DNA from: Dehalococcoidia bacterium
GTDB taxonomy: Bacteria; Chloroflexota; Dehalococcoidia; SpSt-223
Assembly: GCA_026003895.1 (NCBI GenBank)
Contig: BPIC01000005.1
Coordinates: forward strand, 288,941 to 352,940
Direction: 5' to 3'
DNA length: 64,000 bases
Shown: piece by piece, positions 10,801 to 20,653 of the stretch
Numbering within the stretch: the stretch's first letter is position 1
Layout of the letters: every line of letters begins with the position of its first letter
Translations under genes and position numbers: made by a program
Notes under the pieces: generated by a model
Database searches by the model: none
The model's input: the letters and a program-made list of their open reading frames with translations, nothing else
What the model was told of the DNA's origin: nothing

Positions 10801-10830
10801 CCGGTCCTCGACGAGACCGGAGGATTTTTC
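10801..10830 (+). terminator. plus-strand terminator-like hairpin + T5 inside the MFS leader region
   Basis: CCGGTC-CTCGACGA-GACCGG, then AGGA and TTTTT on the plus strand, with no annotated plus-strand gene upstream. Confidence 0.2.
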
Positions 10831-11471
10831 GTCGACGGCTCCCCGCGAAACGGCGGGGCAATGTTGGTGACGCGCCGGCTTCCTCCGCGGGATGCCATTG
10901 GGACGGTCTGTCGAAGAGCTGGCTGGCAGTCAGGGACGCGAGGCCGGTCTTGCCGCTCTCTCTACAGGAAGGCGACCGAGCGAGGTTGTGCCCTTTGGCG
11001 AAGCCTGTTTGTACACAACAGGCCCTCTTTGGTGCAGAAATTGGGGTAGGCACCCCCGGCGAATTGTGGACGTTGGAGACAGCGCTCACTCCGCTGGCGG
11101 GCAATTGCCTTGACCTGTTCCGTTCTCCTTCGTTACCCGGTTCGCACAGGAACGAGGCATCAGCGACCGCCTGTGATGACGCTCACGAGGTGCCCACCGT
11201 CCGTTTATCTTGACCGGAGCGCCATCATCCATGGCGACGTGGCCCCCTACCCGATCCTCGTCGTCCACGATGAGTAGCGTGCGGGCCTCGGCGCAGCGAC
11301 CGGCGATGACACACGGAACACGATCGCTCCTCGGGGTTATGCGACCGTCTGTACGGCTCGGGCGCGAGGCTGGGCCGATGCTCGCTGGGCTGGTCGGGCC
11401 TCTGGTGACGAGCTCGCACGGCCACGTTGGGTGAACGTGCTCCGCGCCCCACGTTGCGGAGGTGCCACTTC

Positions 11472-11493
11472 GCCCCCGGCACTCGCCGGGGGC
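11472..11493 (-). terminator. candidate terminator hairpin downstream of the family-5 SBP gene
   Basis: Perfect 9-bp stem GCCCCCGGC/GCCGGGGGC with loop ACTC, 17 nt after the stop at 11510. No U-tract. Confidence 0.25.
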
Positions 11494-11509
11494 CGAGACA
11501 GGATCGTCG

Positions 11510-13054
11510 CTAGGCTTTCTTCCGGATGATGTCGAAGCGCGGCTCTTGGTCGCCCCGAGGCAGGACGTTCTCTAGCTTGTTGCTCGCCGCCCAGAGACGG
11601 ACGCCATCGACGAGAAACAGGAACGGCGGGTTTTCGTACATCACCTCGATCGCCTTCTGCATGAGTTCGGCTCGCTTCTTCTCGTCCATCTCCGTCGTCG
11701 AGGCGAGGTAATAGCGATCGAACTCGGGATCGATATGGCGGCGCGCCGGCTCGGCCTCAGTGCTCTTGAACCACGTGAGTGCGAAATCGGCATCCATGGC
11801 CGGTGAGTTGAGCAGGCCTGCGGTCAGCACGTGGACGCGCTGCGTGCGGCCATACCAATGGTCGAGGAGGAATGCCGAGTCGGCGGACTGTTCGATCGCC
11901 GCGTCAATACCGACCTCGCGGAACTGGCTTTGGATGAGCAAGAAGGTCGGTTCGGCGGCTGTCGTGCCGAGCGTCACACCCATGCGAATTTTGAACCCGT
12001 TCGGATAGCCGGCTTGCGCGAGCAGTTGCCGCGCCTTCGCCGGATCGTAGGGATACGGCTTGACATTCGGGTTGTAGCCAACGGTGTTTGATTGGACGAC
12101 CTGACCAGTGGGGCGAGTGAGGCCCTTGAAGATATCTCGGGCGATGGCCTCTTTATCGACGGCATAGTTCATCGCTTGGCGGACAAGCTTGTTCTGGGTT
12201 GGCTCACCAGGCAAGTTGCTGAAGATGAAAGCCCCAATGGTCTGACCCTGGTTGAAGTTGATCACCTGCAGCCCAGCACGCGAGATCGTTTCGTACTGGT
12301 CAATTGGCAGGTTATCGATCAGATCGATCTCCCCGGTGCGCAGGCCGGCGATGCGAGCCGAAGCCTCGGGGACCGATCGGATGATGATCTCCTTCGCGCC
12401 GGGTTTGGTTGGATAGTGGGGATTGGCCACCAGCACCAGCCGATCGGTGCCGTTGAATTCCTTCTGCATATAGGGGCCTGTGCCCATCCCCTTCGTCGCG
12501 AAGTCGGCTGCGCCAACGCGCTCGACATGGGCCTTCGGCACGATGACGACAAGAGCCACGCGCTTCAACAGGATTGGATCGGGCCCCTTGGTGGTAATTC
12601 GGATGGTCGACGGGTCAACGATCGTTGTTTGGTCGATCGTCCCCGTGCGAGCGAGGATGCCCAGACGGAGTTCGGGATTGGTTGCCCGGTCGAAACTGTA
12701 TTTCACGTCCTCAGCGGTCACCGGACTTCCGTCGTGGAACTTCCGGTTCGGCGCGAGTTTGAACTCCCACGTCGTCTCGTTGACATTCCGCCACGAGGTG
12801 GCAAGCGCCGGCTCGAGCCGTCCAGCCGCATCCTGGCCCACGAGGCATTCGTAAAGGCCGTACCGCCGGGGGTTGGTGCCGATCGCGGCGTGCGGATCAA
12901 GGGTGTTGATGCCAGTCGAGATGGCAATGTTGAGCGTGTACTCCTGCGGCGCTGCCGGCGCTGGGGCGCTCCCTGCAGTCTGAGTCGGCGCGGCAGGTGC
13001 GCAGGCAGCTCCGACTACGGCAAGCGCGGCGAAAAGCCCCGAAAGCCTTGGCAT
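11510..13054 (-). CDS. ABC transporter substrate-binding protein, family 5 (peptide/nickel/opine type)
   Basis: Signal peptide (MPRLSGLFAALAVVGAACA) followed by DppA/OppA-like sequence. The ORF extends to 13138, but the start at the M of MPRLSG gives a normal signal peptide. Confidence 0.85.
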   Translation of the reverse strand: MPRLSGLFAALAVVGAACAPAAPTQTAGSAPAPAAPQEYTLNIAISTGINTLDPHAAIGTNPRRYGLYECLVGQDAAGRLEPALATSWRNVNETTWEFKLAPNRKFHDGSPVTAEDVKYSFDRATNPELRLGILARTGTIDQTTIVDPSTIRITTKGPDPILLKRVALVVIVPKAHVERVGAADFATKGMGTGPYMQKEFNGTDRLVLVANPHYPTKPGAKEIIIRSVPEASARIAGLRTGEIDLIDNLPIDQYETISRAGLQVINFNQGQTIGAFIFSNLPGEPTQNKLVRQAMNYAVDKEAIARDIFKGLTRPTGQVVQSNTVGYNPNVKPYPYDPAKARQLLAQAGYPNGFKIRMGVTLGTTAAEPTFLLIQSQFREVGIDAAIEQSADSAFLLDHWYGRTQRVHVLTAGLLNSPAMDADFALTWFKSTEAEPARRHIDPEFDRYYLASTTEMDEKKRAELMQKAIEVMYENPPFLFLVDGVRLWAASNKLENVLPRGDQEPRFDIIRKKA

Positions 13055-13273
13055 AGCTCGTCCGAACAAGGCGGTCCTCCCTCTGGCTGACTGGCGACGC
13101 CGTATGTGCCGCCTCATTTTACGCCCGCAATACTTCACGCGCGAGATATTTCATATCTGCCTTCTTCGGAGCCACGCTCAAGGTCTCGACCCCTGCCAAC
13201 CATGTCGGCAGTGCCGATGCCCGGGCTGCGTTACGATTGCGCATAGCGAAACGAACGTGTCGGGAGGGCTGCG

Positions 13274-14551
13274 GTGCCACGTATCCTCCGCCTCTTGCTG
13301 ATTGCACTCCTGATTGCTCCGGTCTGGCGGGCCGGCGAGCGGCCAGCGGTCGCGCAATCCGTGCTCGCCGCTCCCCCATATGTGGTCCTTGGACCGGACG
13401 GGACTCCCATAGCTCGGGCCATCACGACCGCCGACACCTGCCCAACCGTCAGTTTTGCCGGCCTTTCGGTTCCGATGCAGCCGCGCGCTGTGCCGTCGCC
13501 TGCGTTCCCGGTCCTTAGTTGCGAACTGCCTATACCGCCCTCGGTTTTCTCCGCGAGTATCGAAGGCCACCACCTGCCTCTCGTGCCGGTCACCCCGCGG
13601 CGGATCGCGGTGCTCGGCGACACAGGCTGCCGAATTGCAGGGAGTCGTGCACAGGGGTGTAATGACCCCGATCAGTGGCCGCTTGCCACCATCGCTCAGT
13701 CGATCGCCGCCTACCGGCCTGACCTCATCATCCACGTGGGCGACTTTCTCTATCGGGAGGATCCGTGCCCGGCGGCTGCCTCGAGCTGTGCCGGCAGCCC
13801 CTACGGCGACACGTGGGCGGCTTGGCGGGCGGACTGGTTCGCGCCGGCCGCACCGGCGTTCCTCGCAGCGCCGTGGGTGATGGTCCGTGGCAACCACGAG
13901 GTTTGTCAACGTGGCGCCGAAGGCTGGTTTCGCTTCCTCGATCCGTGGCCGTATCAGGAACGCTGCCAAAGTGTGACGGAGCCGTATCGCATAGCTTTTG
14001 ACGAGCTGAATCTCGTTGTCGTTGACTCCGGAGTTGCCAGTGACGTGAGTGCTCCAGAGGACCAAGTCGAGATCTACCGGGCGCAGCTCGAACGGGCGTT
14101 GACCATTGCCCGTGACCAAACGTGGCTTGTCACTCACCGACCGCCCTATGCCGTGAGCGGATTCTCCACCCCGCCCGATACGGCGGCTTCAAACCTCACC
14201 CTTGCCGCAGCAGCGCCCGCCGTCTGGCCCGAAGGTGTTCAGCTCATCCTATCGGGGCACGTTCACCTTTGGGAGGCCGTCGGGTTCGCGCTGTCAGCAA
14301 CCGGTCGCCCCTCGCAAATCGTGGTAGGGAACAGCGGCACAATGCTTGAATCGAGCTTCACGCTGAGTTTCGAAGGGCTGCGGATCGCCGGCGAGCTTGC
14401 CAGCCCCGAAAGCCGCTACGTGACGGACCAATTCGGATTCATGACCTTCGAGCCGGTGGCTAGCGGCGGCTGGGTCGCCCTCGCCCGTGACCGCAATGGA
14501 TACCCGATGGTGACGTGCACCGTGCGTGGCAAGCAGGTCGCCTGTCGCTAG
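13274..14551 (+). CDS. secreted metallophosphoesterase (calcineurin-like phosphoesterase)
   Basis: Signal peptide, then the motifs GDTG, HVGDFLYRED, GNHE and GHVH of the metallophosphatase superfamily. Confidence 0.8.
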   Translation: MPRILRLLLIALLIAPVWRAGERPAVAQSVLAAPPYVVLGPDGTPIARAITTADTCPTVSFAGLSVPMQPRAVPSPAFPVLSCELPIPPSVFSASIEGHHLPLVPVTPRRIAVLGDTGCRIAGSRAQGCNDPDQWPLATIAQSIAAYRPDLIIHVGDFLYREDPCPAAASSCAGSPYGDTWAAWRADWFAPAAPAFLAAPWVMVRGNHEVCQRGAEGWFRFLDPWPYQERCQSVTEPYRIAFDELNLVVVDSGVASDVSAPEDQVEIYRAQLERALTIARDQTWLVTHRPPYAVSGFSTPPDTAASNLTLAAAAPAVWPEGVQLILSGHVHLWEAVGFALSATGRPSQIVVGNSGTMLESSFTLSFEGLRIAGELASPESRYVTDQFGFMTFEPVASGGWVALARDRNGYPMVTCTVRGKQVACR

Positions 14552-14889
14552 CCCCGGAAGCGATCGAAATAGAGGCGCTCGGCGGCGATCCGGTTCTCGC
14601 GCAGTTCGAGGACGGTCACCCATTTGGAGATGCGAGTTTCTGTTTCGAAGGTCCCTTCGACGACGACATGGCGGCCGTCATCTCCGACGATGACCAGAGT
14701 AGCCCGGAGGCGCCCGCCCCCAGCGTTCCGTTGGTCCTGCTCCACGTGCGCCGCGCGTCCGGCCAGCGGCTCGCTACGGCCTGGCGTCAAGTAGGTGACA
14801 TCCTCCGTGAAGCATTCACCGTACGTCGCCCAATCGCGCCGGTTGAAGGCGTCGATCCAGCGGTCGACAAGAGCGCGGGGGTCAGTCAT
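14548..14889 (-). CDS. SnoaL-like / NTF2-fold protein
   Basis: 113 aa with an NTF2-like pattern (WIDAFNRRDWATYGECFTEDVTY). Its start overlaps the PBP1A stop (TAATG). Confidence 0.55.
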   Translation of the reverse strand: MTDPRALVDRWIDAFNRRDWATYGECFTEDVTYLTPGRSEPLAGRAAHVEQDQRNAGGGRLRATLVIVGDDGRHVVVEGTFETETRISKWVTVLELRENRIAAERLYFDRFRG

Positions 14890-17636
14890 TAGTTCGCGAC
14901 CACCACGGGAATCGTCGTCGTCTGCCGCCCGCCGCTGCGATCGAACACGTGCAGGTAGATGACATACGAACCGTTCCGAAACTGTGTTGTCGGGAAGGTG
15001 GCGAGGAAACCATCGCCGGGCAAGACCGATTCTCCGATGGCGGTGAACTGGGCCCCGTTCAAGCCGGGGCTGACTTCGACCTTGTAGGCGGCGAAGTTCG
15101 GCACGTTGGCCACGCCGGAGACTGGGACATTCCCCCGCAACACCGATCCGGCTGCCGGCGCGGCGATCGCGACACCGATCGGGCCACGGGTTTGTGGTCC
15201 GGGAGTCCCAACGGGTAGGGGCTCCAGCCCTGCTGGTCCGGGTGTGGGGGTCGGGGTGAACGCCGCGATGGCGCAGGGCGCCCAGCGAGTTGGGGGCTGG
15301 GGAAGGTCCCGCTCTTCAGGCGTCGGCGGTCCGGCGTTCGGGAGGAGTGTGTAGAACTCCTTCTCCTCGACGTCCTCAGGCTTGCACCCTTCATTGGCCC
15401 GCAGGCTGTTGTCACTCTTCAAGACGAGGATCTTTTCTGCCTTGAACCGTGGGGCCGGCGGCTCGAAACCGCGAATGTAGAGGTCGCGAGAGACGCGGGC
15501 GCACTCCGGTGGCAGGCCTTCCGAGACGCAGGTGCGCGGATTGACGACGCGCTCCGGCTTGTCGTACCAAAGTTTGCTCACCCAGTGCTTTTCGCCGGCG
15601 CCTTCGGCGGGCTGGAAGTGGACGCCGTCGAACTCGTCCTTCGGGAAGTAACCGAAGGCGCGTTCCATGAACTCGTTCCAGATCGGCGCTGGGGTGCGCG
15701 ACCCGTTGAGCCCGGCCATTGGCCGATTATTCGAGTTTCCGACCCAGACGCCAGTGACCAAGTACGGCGTGAACCCCATCGTCCAGCCGTCGCGATGGTC
15801 ATCGGTCGTACCGGTCTTGACGGCGGCTGGTCGCGTCAGGCGAAGCGGGGGTCCGGTACCAAAGGTAACTCGCCGTGCCTGAGGATCGCTGAGGATGTCG
15901 GCAATCATATAGGCGATCTCTTCGGTTAGGACTCGCTCCGGTTGACGAGCGGGGTCGGTCGCCGCGTCGTACACCACTTGGCCGTTCTCATCGAGGATCT
16001 TGAGAAAGGGGGTCAACGGCACCTTTTGCCCGAGTGTGGCGAATGTCGCATAGACCTGCATGTGGTCGATCAGTCGGACGTCGCCGCCACCGAGTGTAAT
16101 GGCAAGACCATACCGGTTGGCATCGCGAAAACTGGTGATTCCCATTTTGCGGGCCAACTCGATCATTTCCCGAACGCCGACGAACTGAAGCGCTTTCACG
16201 GCCGGAATGTTCCAAGAGTTGCCGAGCGCTTCGCGTACCGACATTGACCCGTGGAAGCGATTGTCGTAATTCATTGGCGTCCAATAGCGGTCGCCGTCTT
16301 TGATGGATAGCGGAGCATCGATTACGACTGTCCCGGGGGTCCAGCCCTTCATAAACGCGGCGGCATAGGTCACAGGTTTGATGGAGCTACCGGGCTGCCG
16401 TTCCATCAATGCCACGTTGACTTGACCATCGATGCTCTTGTCCCAATAGTCGTAGCTACCGACCATGGCGAGGATTTCGCCTTTTTTTGGGTCAACAGCG
16501 ACCAAGGAGGCGTTCGTCGCTTGGTAGCGTTTAGCAGCGTCGATGTGCTTCTTGACGATGAGCTCGGCTTCGGTTTGCAACCGGAGATCGAGGGTCGTGT
16601 AGACGTGGTAGCCGCCGCGGTAAAGGCGCGGTCCGCCGAACCGTTCTTCCAGCAAGTCACGCACATACATCACAAAATGGGGTGCTTTGATGTCGAACGT
16701 CGGCGGCTTATAGATCAAGGGTTCCTCATACGCCGCGTCGGCTTCGGCTTGAGAAATCACGCCGTGGGCGACCATCAGGCGCAAGACATCGCGTTGGCGT
16801 GCCTTAGCGCGTTCTGGATAGACCAACGGGTTATAGAGGCTCGGGGCCTGCGGTAACCCGGCAAGGAGCGCCGCCTCGGCGAGAGTCAGGTCTTTCGGCC
16901 GTTTCCCGAAATAACCTTCGGCTGCCGCCGCGATGCCATAGCTCAGATTCCCGTAATAGATCTCATTGAAATACATCCGGAGGATGTCATCTTTGCTATA
17001 ACGCTGGCTGATTTGAACGGCGAGGGCAATCTCACGCGCCTTGCGGGTATAGCTCCGTTCGGACGCTTCGTCGGGCGAAAGCAGCACCGCCCGGGCGAGT
17101 TGCTGGGTGATCGTGCTCCCACCCGATGCCCGCTCGCCGGTGTACTCCTGCCATGCCGCCCGTGCGATGCCGCGAAGGTCGAAGCCGAAGTTGTACTCTT
17201 CGTAGAAGGACGGGTCTTCGGTTGCCAGCGTGGCCTTGATGATGTGGCTCGAGAGATCGCTCAAGGCGACCGGTGTCCGGCGCCCGCCGTTTTCAGCGAT
17301 CAGCTCGTACATTAGCTCGCCGTGGCGATCATAGATTTTGGTGGACTTGAACGTCTCGCGGGTGGTCAGATTGCCGGGATCGGGGAGATCGCCAAGCACC
17401 CGGCTGAGCGCGACCGACGAAGCGGCCGCAGCCGCGGCCGTGAGTACGAAGGTTGAAACCAAAGCGAGGACGCTCGCGACGAGACCAATCCGGACCAGAC
17501 TGCCGAGGAACGGCGTTCGCCGTCGGGCGCGTAGTCGCTCGCGGGCTAAGCGGCGAGCGTGGCGCGAAGCCGCCTTTCCAGTGCTCCGGCCGTTCGTCTG
17601 CCCGAGGCCGGTCATTAACCCTCCAGGAGAGCGCAT
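14889..17636 (-). CDS. penicillin-binding protein 1A family (class A PBP)
   Basis: TM anchor, GT51 motifs (ATEDPSFYEE, SGGSTITQQLAR), transpeptidase domain and a long C-terminal Pro/Gly-rich extension. Confidence 0.9.
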   Translation of the reverse strand: MRSPGGLMTGLGQTNGRSTGKAASRHARRLARERLRARRRTPFLGSLVRIGLVASVLALVSTFVLTAAAAAASSVALSRVLGDLPDPGNLTTRETFKSTKIYDRHGELMYELIAENGGRRTPVALSDLSSHIIKATLATEDPSFYEEYNFGFDLRGIARAAWQEYTGERASGGSTITQQLARAVLLSPDEASERSYTRKAREIALAVQISQRYSKDDILRMYFNEIYYGNLSYGIAAAAEGYFGKRPKDLTLAEAALLAGLPQAPSLYNPLVYPERAKARQRDVLRLMVAHGVISQAEADAAYEEPLIYKPPTFDIKAPHFVMYVRDLLEERFGGPRLYRGGYHVYTTLDLRLQTEAELIVKKHIDAAKRYQATNASLVAVDPKKGEILAMVGSYDYWDKSIDGQVNVALMERQPGSSIKPVTYAAAFMKGWTPGTVVIDAPLSIKDGDRYWTPMNYDNRFHGSMSVREALGNSWNIPAVKALQFVGVREMIELARKMGITSFRDANRYGLAITLGGGDVRLIDHMQVYATFATLGQKVPLTPFLKILDENGQVVYDAATDPARQPERVLTEEIAYMIADILSDPQARRVTFGTGPPLRLTRPAAVKTGTTDDHRDGWTMGFTPYLVTGVWVGNSNNRPMAGLNGSRTPAPIWNEFMERAFGYFPKDEFDGVHFQPAEGAGEKHWVSKLWYDKPERVVNPRTCVSEGLPPECARVSRDLYIRGFEPPAPRFKAEKILVLKSDNSLRANEGCKPEDVEEKEFYTLLPNAGPPTPEERDLPQPPTRWAPCAIAAFTPTPTPGPAGLEPLPVGTPGPQTRGPIGVAIAAPAAGSVLRGNVPVSGVANVPNFAAYKVEVSPGLNGAQFTAIGESVLPGDGFLATFPTTQFRNGSYVIYLHVFDRSGGRQTTTIPVVVAN

Positions 17637-17700
17637 GGTGCGCTGGCACGCACCACGGTAGGTTCACCGAGTATAACGATGCAGCAAGCCGTTTGGCTTC

Positions 17701-18099
17701 ATGCTAGCGGCGAGAAATCCCCCGACCTTTGGTCGTGCGCAGGGTAGGACGATGGTCGCTGGCGTCGATACGTTGCTTATTCCGACACGCGCCTACGCTG
17801 ATGCCGTCCGATTTCATCGAGATGTGCTCGGCTTGCCGATCGCCTTCGAATTGCCCGGGGCCTCGGTGTTCGACGCCGGTGGCATCACGATCACGGTCGC
17901 GCGTGCCGCGCAGGACGCGCCGCCGCTCCTCAGCCTGTATGTCGACGATCTCGCCGCCGCTCTGAGGCGGCTCCGCGAACACGGGATCGAGCCGGAGACG
18001 GCTCCTGAGCTCCTCGGCAACGGCGCGATGGTTGCAACCCTCCGGGCACCGGGCGGTGCCCGCTACGGTCTGTATCAGCGTCCGGATGAGCCGGCGTAG
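17701..18099 (+). CDS. VOC family protein (glyoxalase/bleomycin-resistance fold)
   Basis: 132 aa with a glyoxalase-like beta-alpha-beta pattern (LIPTRAYADAVRFHRDVLGLPIAFE). The start may be an internal Met. Confidence 0.55.
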   Translation: MLAARNPPTFGRAQGRTMVAGVDTLLIPTRAYADAVRFHRDVLGLPIAFELPGASVFDAGGITITVARAAQDAPPLLSLYVDDLAAALRRLREHGIEPETAPELLGNGAMVATLRAPGGARYGLYQRPDEPA

Positions 18100-18104
18100 G
18101 GGGA

Positions 18105-19061
18105 ATGATGGTGACCGCTCCAAAGATCGGCGTCGCTCTGCCTTCCATGGTTGATGACCGAGAAGCTACGTGGGATGACATCCGGACCGTCGCAATTGCG
18201 GCTGAGCGGGTGGGCATCGATTCCGTCTGGTATCTCGACCACTTTTTCCTCGCTCGGCCAGGCGGTCGACTTGGGGTACGCGAGTGCTGGACGGTGCTGG
18301 CCGCGATCGCCGGTATCACCGAGCGAGTGCGGATCGGCAGCCTCGTGCTGTGCCAATCGTTCCGTCATCCGGCTCTCCTCGCCAAGGCGGCTGCGACCCT
18401 GCAGGAGGTTTCCGGGGGGCGGCTGGTCCTTGGTCTTGGCGCGGGGTGGTTCGAAGCCGAATATCGGGAGTACGGCTTTCCGTTTGACCGCCGGGTAGCC
18501 CGCTTTGAGGAATTTGTCACGATTGTTGCACGCCTCTTGGCGGGCGAGACGGTCTCCTATTCCGGGCGATACTTTTCGCTGCACGAAGCGCACTTGTCGC
18601 CGCCGCCGGCGCCAACTCCCGTATGGATCGCGTCGCTCCGACCGCGGATGAACGCCCTGCTCGGACGGTTAGGTGATGGCTGGAATGGCGCATGGTATGG
18701 TGGAAACGTTGAACCGTTCCGGATTCGGCTCGCCTCGCTTCGAGAAGAGATCGCCCGCGCCGGACGCGACCCCGCTTCCCTCGAGATGTCGGTAGGTGTG
18801 CTCGCAGTTCCAATTGAATCCTCATCCGATGCGCCGCGCGCGTTCGACGTTGTGAGGCGTTCGGCGGCACAGTTCGCGTCGCTTTCAGACAACGAGCTGC
18901 GCGGCCGGGTGTTCATCGGCCGACCAGAGGAACTCGCAGCCCTTGCGCAGGCCTATGGCGACGCGGGGGCCGACACGGTGATCGTGTCGCTTGGCGCGAC
19001 ACCCTTTGGGGTGGCCAGCTCCGCCCTCGTTGAACCGACGCTGCGGGCGCTGGCAGGCTGA
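18105..19061 (+). CDS. LLM class flavin-dependent oxidoreductase (luciferase-like, possibly F420-dependent)
   Basis: 318 aa with a luciferase-like TIM-barrel signature (WYLDHFF, LVLGLGAGWFEAEY). Confidence 0.8.
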   Translation: MMVTAPKIGVALPSMVDDREATWDDIRTVAIAAERVGIDSVWYLDHFFLARPGGRLGVRECWTVLAAIAGITERVRIGSLVLCQSFRHPALLAKAAATLQEVSGGRLVLGLGAGWFEAEYREYGFPFDRRVARFEEFVTIVARLLAGETVSYSGRYFSLHEAHLSPPPAPTPVWIASLRPRMNALLGRLGDGWNGAWYGGNVEPFRIRLASLREEIARAGRDPASLEMSVGVLAVPIESSSDAPRAFDVVRRSAAQFASLSDNELRGRVFIGRPEELAALAQAYGDAGADTVIVSLGATPFGVASSALVEPTLRALAG

Positions 19062-19151
19062 GACCGCCCAGAGGGCATGGTAGGGCATGGTATACTTTCG
19101 CCATTCCCGCCTGACGATCTCCTTTTTAGGAGACCCGCCACGAGAGGCAAG

Positions 19152-19796
19152 ATGCTCGTTCTCGGCCTGACCGGTGGCATTGCCAGCGGCAAGTCTACCG
19201 TCGCCGCAATGCTCCGTAAGCGCGGAGCCGCGCTGATCGACGCCGACAAGCTCGGCCATCGCGTTCTCGAACGCGGCAGCGACGGGTGGTCAGCCATCAT
19301 CGCCACGTTCGGCGAAGGAATCCTTACGGAGGATGGCGAGATTGATCGCAAGCGGCTCGGCGCGATTGTCTTCGCCGATCCTGAGAAGCTGAAGCAACTG
19401 AATGCGATTTCGCACCCGCGCATCCGGGCGATGGCGCTTGACGAAATTGCCGCGCTCCGCGCCCGTGGTGACGTTGAGATCGCCGTGGTCGACGCCGCGC
19501 TTCTCTTTGAAGGCCATTGGGACGACTTCTGCGACGAGGTGTGGGTGGTCTATGTGCCGGAGGAACTCGCCCTGGAGCGACTCGTGGCCCGGAACGGGCT
19601 GACCGAAGAGCAGGCTCGCGAGCGAATCCGCGCTCAGATGCCGATCGACGAGAAGAAAGCGCGCGGCGACGTCATCATTGACAACAGCGGCAGTCTTGCC
19701 GATCTCGAGGCCAAAGTGGAAGAAGCCTGGGCAGCCGCGCTGCGCCGGGCGCGTGGTGAGGCGATTCCGATCACTCGCGCAGGGACGGTGGCATGA
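19152..19796 (+). CDS. coaE: dephospho-CoA kinase
   Basis: [18 protein letters not shown]-loop and the [11 protein letters not shown] block. RBS TTAGGAGA upstream. Stop overlaps the next gene's ATG (ATGA). Confidence 0.9.
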   Translation: MLVLGLTGGIASGKSTVAAMLRKRGAALIDADKLGHRVLERGSDGWSAIIATFGEGILTEDGEIDRKRLGAIVFADPEKLKQLNAISHPRIRAMALDEIAALRARGDVEIAVVDAALLFEGHWDDFCDEVWVVYVPEELALERLVARNGLTEEQARERIRAQMPIDEKKARGDVIIDNSGSLADLEAKVEEAWAAALRRARGEAIPITRAGTVA

Positions 19797-20650
19797 CCTT
19801 GCGCCGGGCCCGGGAAGTTGCCGTTGAAGAGCACCTCATTCGCGAAGAGCCGTTCTACTTGCCGCAGGGCGACGAGGTGGAAATCTTCACCGCAGCCTAC
19901 GAACAGCGGCTCCCCGTATTGCTGAAAGGCCCCACCGGCTGCGGCAAGACCCGCTTTATTGAGTACATGGCCTACCGCCTCCAGTCGCACCGTGTCGACT
20001 CGAACGGTGAGATAGGCGTGCCCCTCATCACTGTCGCCTGCCACGAGGATCTGACCGCTTCCGACCTCGTTGGCCGGTACCTTTTGGAAGGCGAGGAGAC
20101 CCGTTGGATTGACGGACCTCTGACCAAGGCGGTGAAGACTGGGTCAATCTGCTATCTCGATGAAATCGTCGAAGCGCGGAAAGACACCACGGTCCTCATC
20201 CATCCGTTGACCGACCATCGCCGCATCCTGCCCGTCGAAAAACGGGGTCAGGTCATCGAGGCCGCCGACGGCTTTTTGCTGGTGATCTCGTATAACCCGG
20301 GTTATCAGAGCGCCCTGAAAGATCTCAAGCAGAGCACGCGCCAGCGGTTTGTGGCGATCGAGTTCGACTACCCGCCGCGCGAGCTGGAAGCTCCAATCAT
20401 CCAGCACGAAGCGGGGGTATCTCATCAGGTCGCGCTCGAACTAGCCAAGCTGGGTGAAAAGGTCCGCAATTTGCGGGAGCATGGGTTAGAGGAAGGCGTC
20501 AGCACACGGCTGCTCATCTACGCCGGCCGGCTGATCGCCAAGGGAATCCCGGCCCGTCGGGCCTGTCAAGTCGGTATCATTTGGGCCATCACGGATGACG
20601 AGCACGTGCAACGGAGTCTGGAAGAAGTCGTTTCCAGCATTTTCGAGTAG
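19793..20650 (+). CDS. MoxR-class AAA+ ATPase of the CbbQ/NorQ/NirQ/GvpN subfamily
   Basis: 285 aa collinear with NorQ/CbbQ: [72 protein letters not shown]. Confidence 0.9.
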   Translation: MTLRRAREVAVEEHLIREEPFYLPQGDEVEIFTAAYEQRLPVLLKGPTGCGKTRFIEYMAYRLQSHRVDSNGEIGVPLITVACHEDLTASDLVGRYLLEGEETRWIDGPLTKAVKTGSICYLDEIVEARKDTTVLIHPLTDHRRILPVEKRGQVIEAADGFLLVISYNPGYQSALKDLKQSTRQRFVAIEFDYPPRELEAPIIQHEAGVSHQVALELAKLGEKVRNLREHGLEEGVSTRLLIYAGRLIAKGIPARRACQVGIIWAITDDEHVQRSLEEVVSSIFE

Positions 20651-20653
20651 CCG

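Noticed and set aside
12092-13090. 332-aa plus-strand ORF antisense to the family-5 SBP gene
   Set aside because: Overlaps a well-supported CDS on the other strand and has no recognisable motifs. High-GC artefact.
19059-19152. In-frame TGA between the LLM oxidoreductase ORF (ends 19061) and the longer coaE ORF (19077), considered as a second Sec read-through
   Set aside because: Only a frame coincidence. CoaE begins at its own RBS-supported ATG (19152). The intervening codons have no homology. LLM oxidoreductases are not known selenoproteins and the TGA is not in a redox motif.
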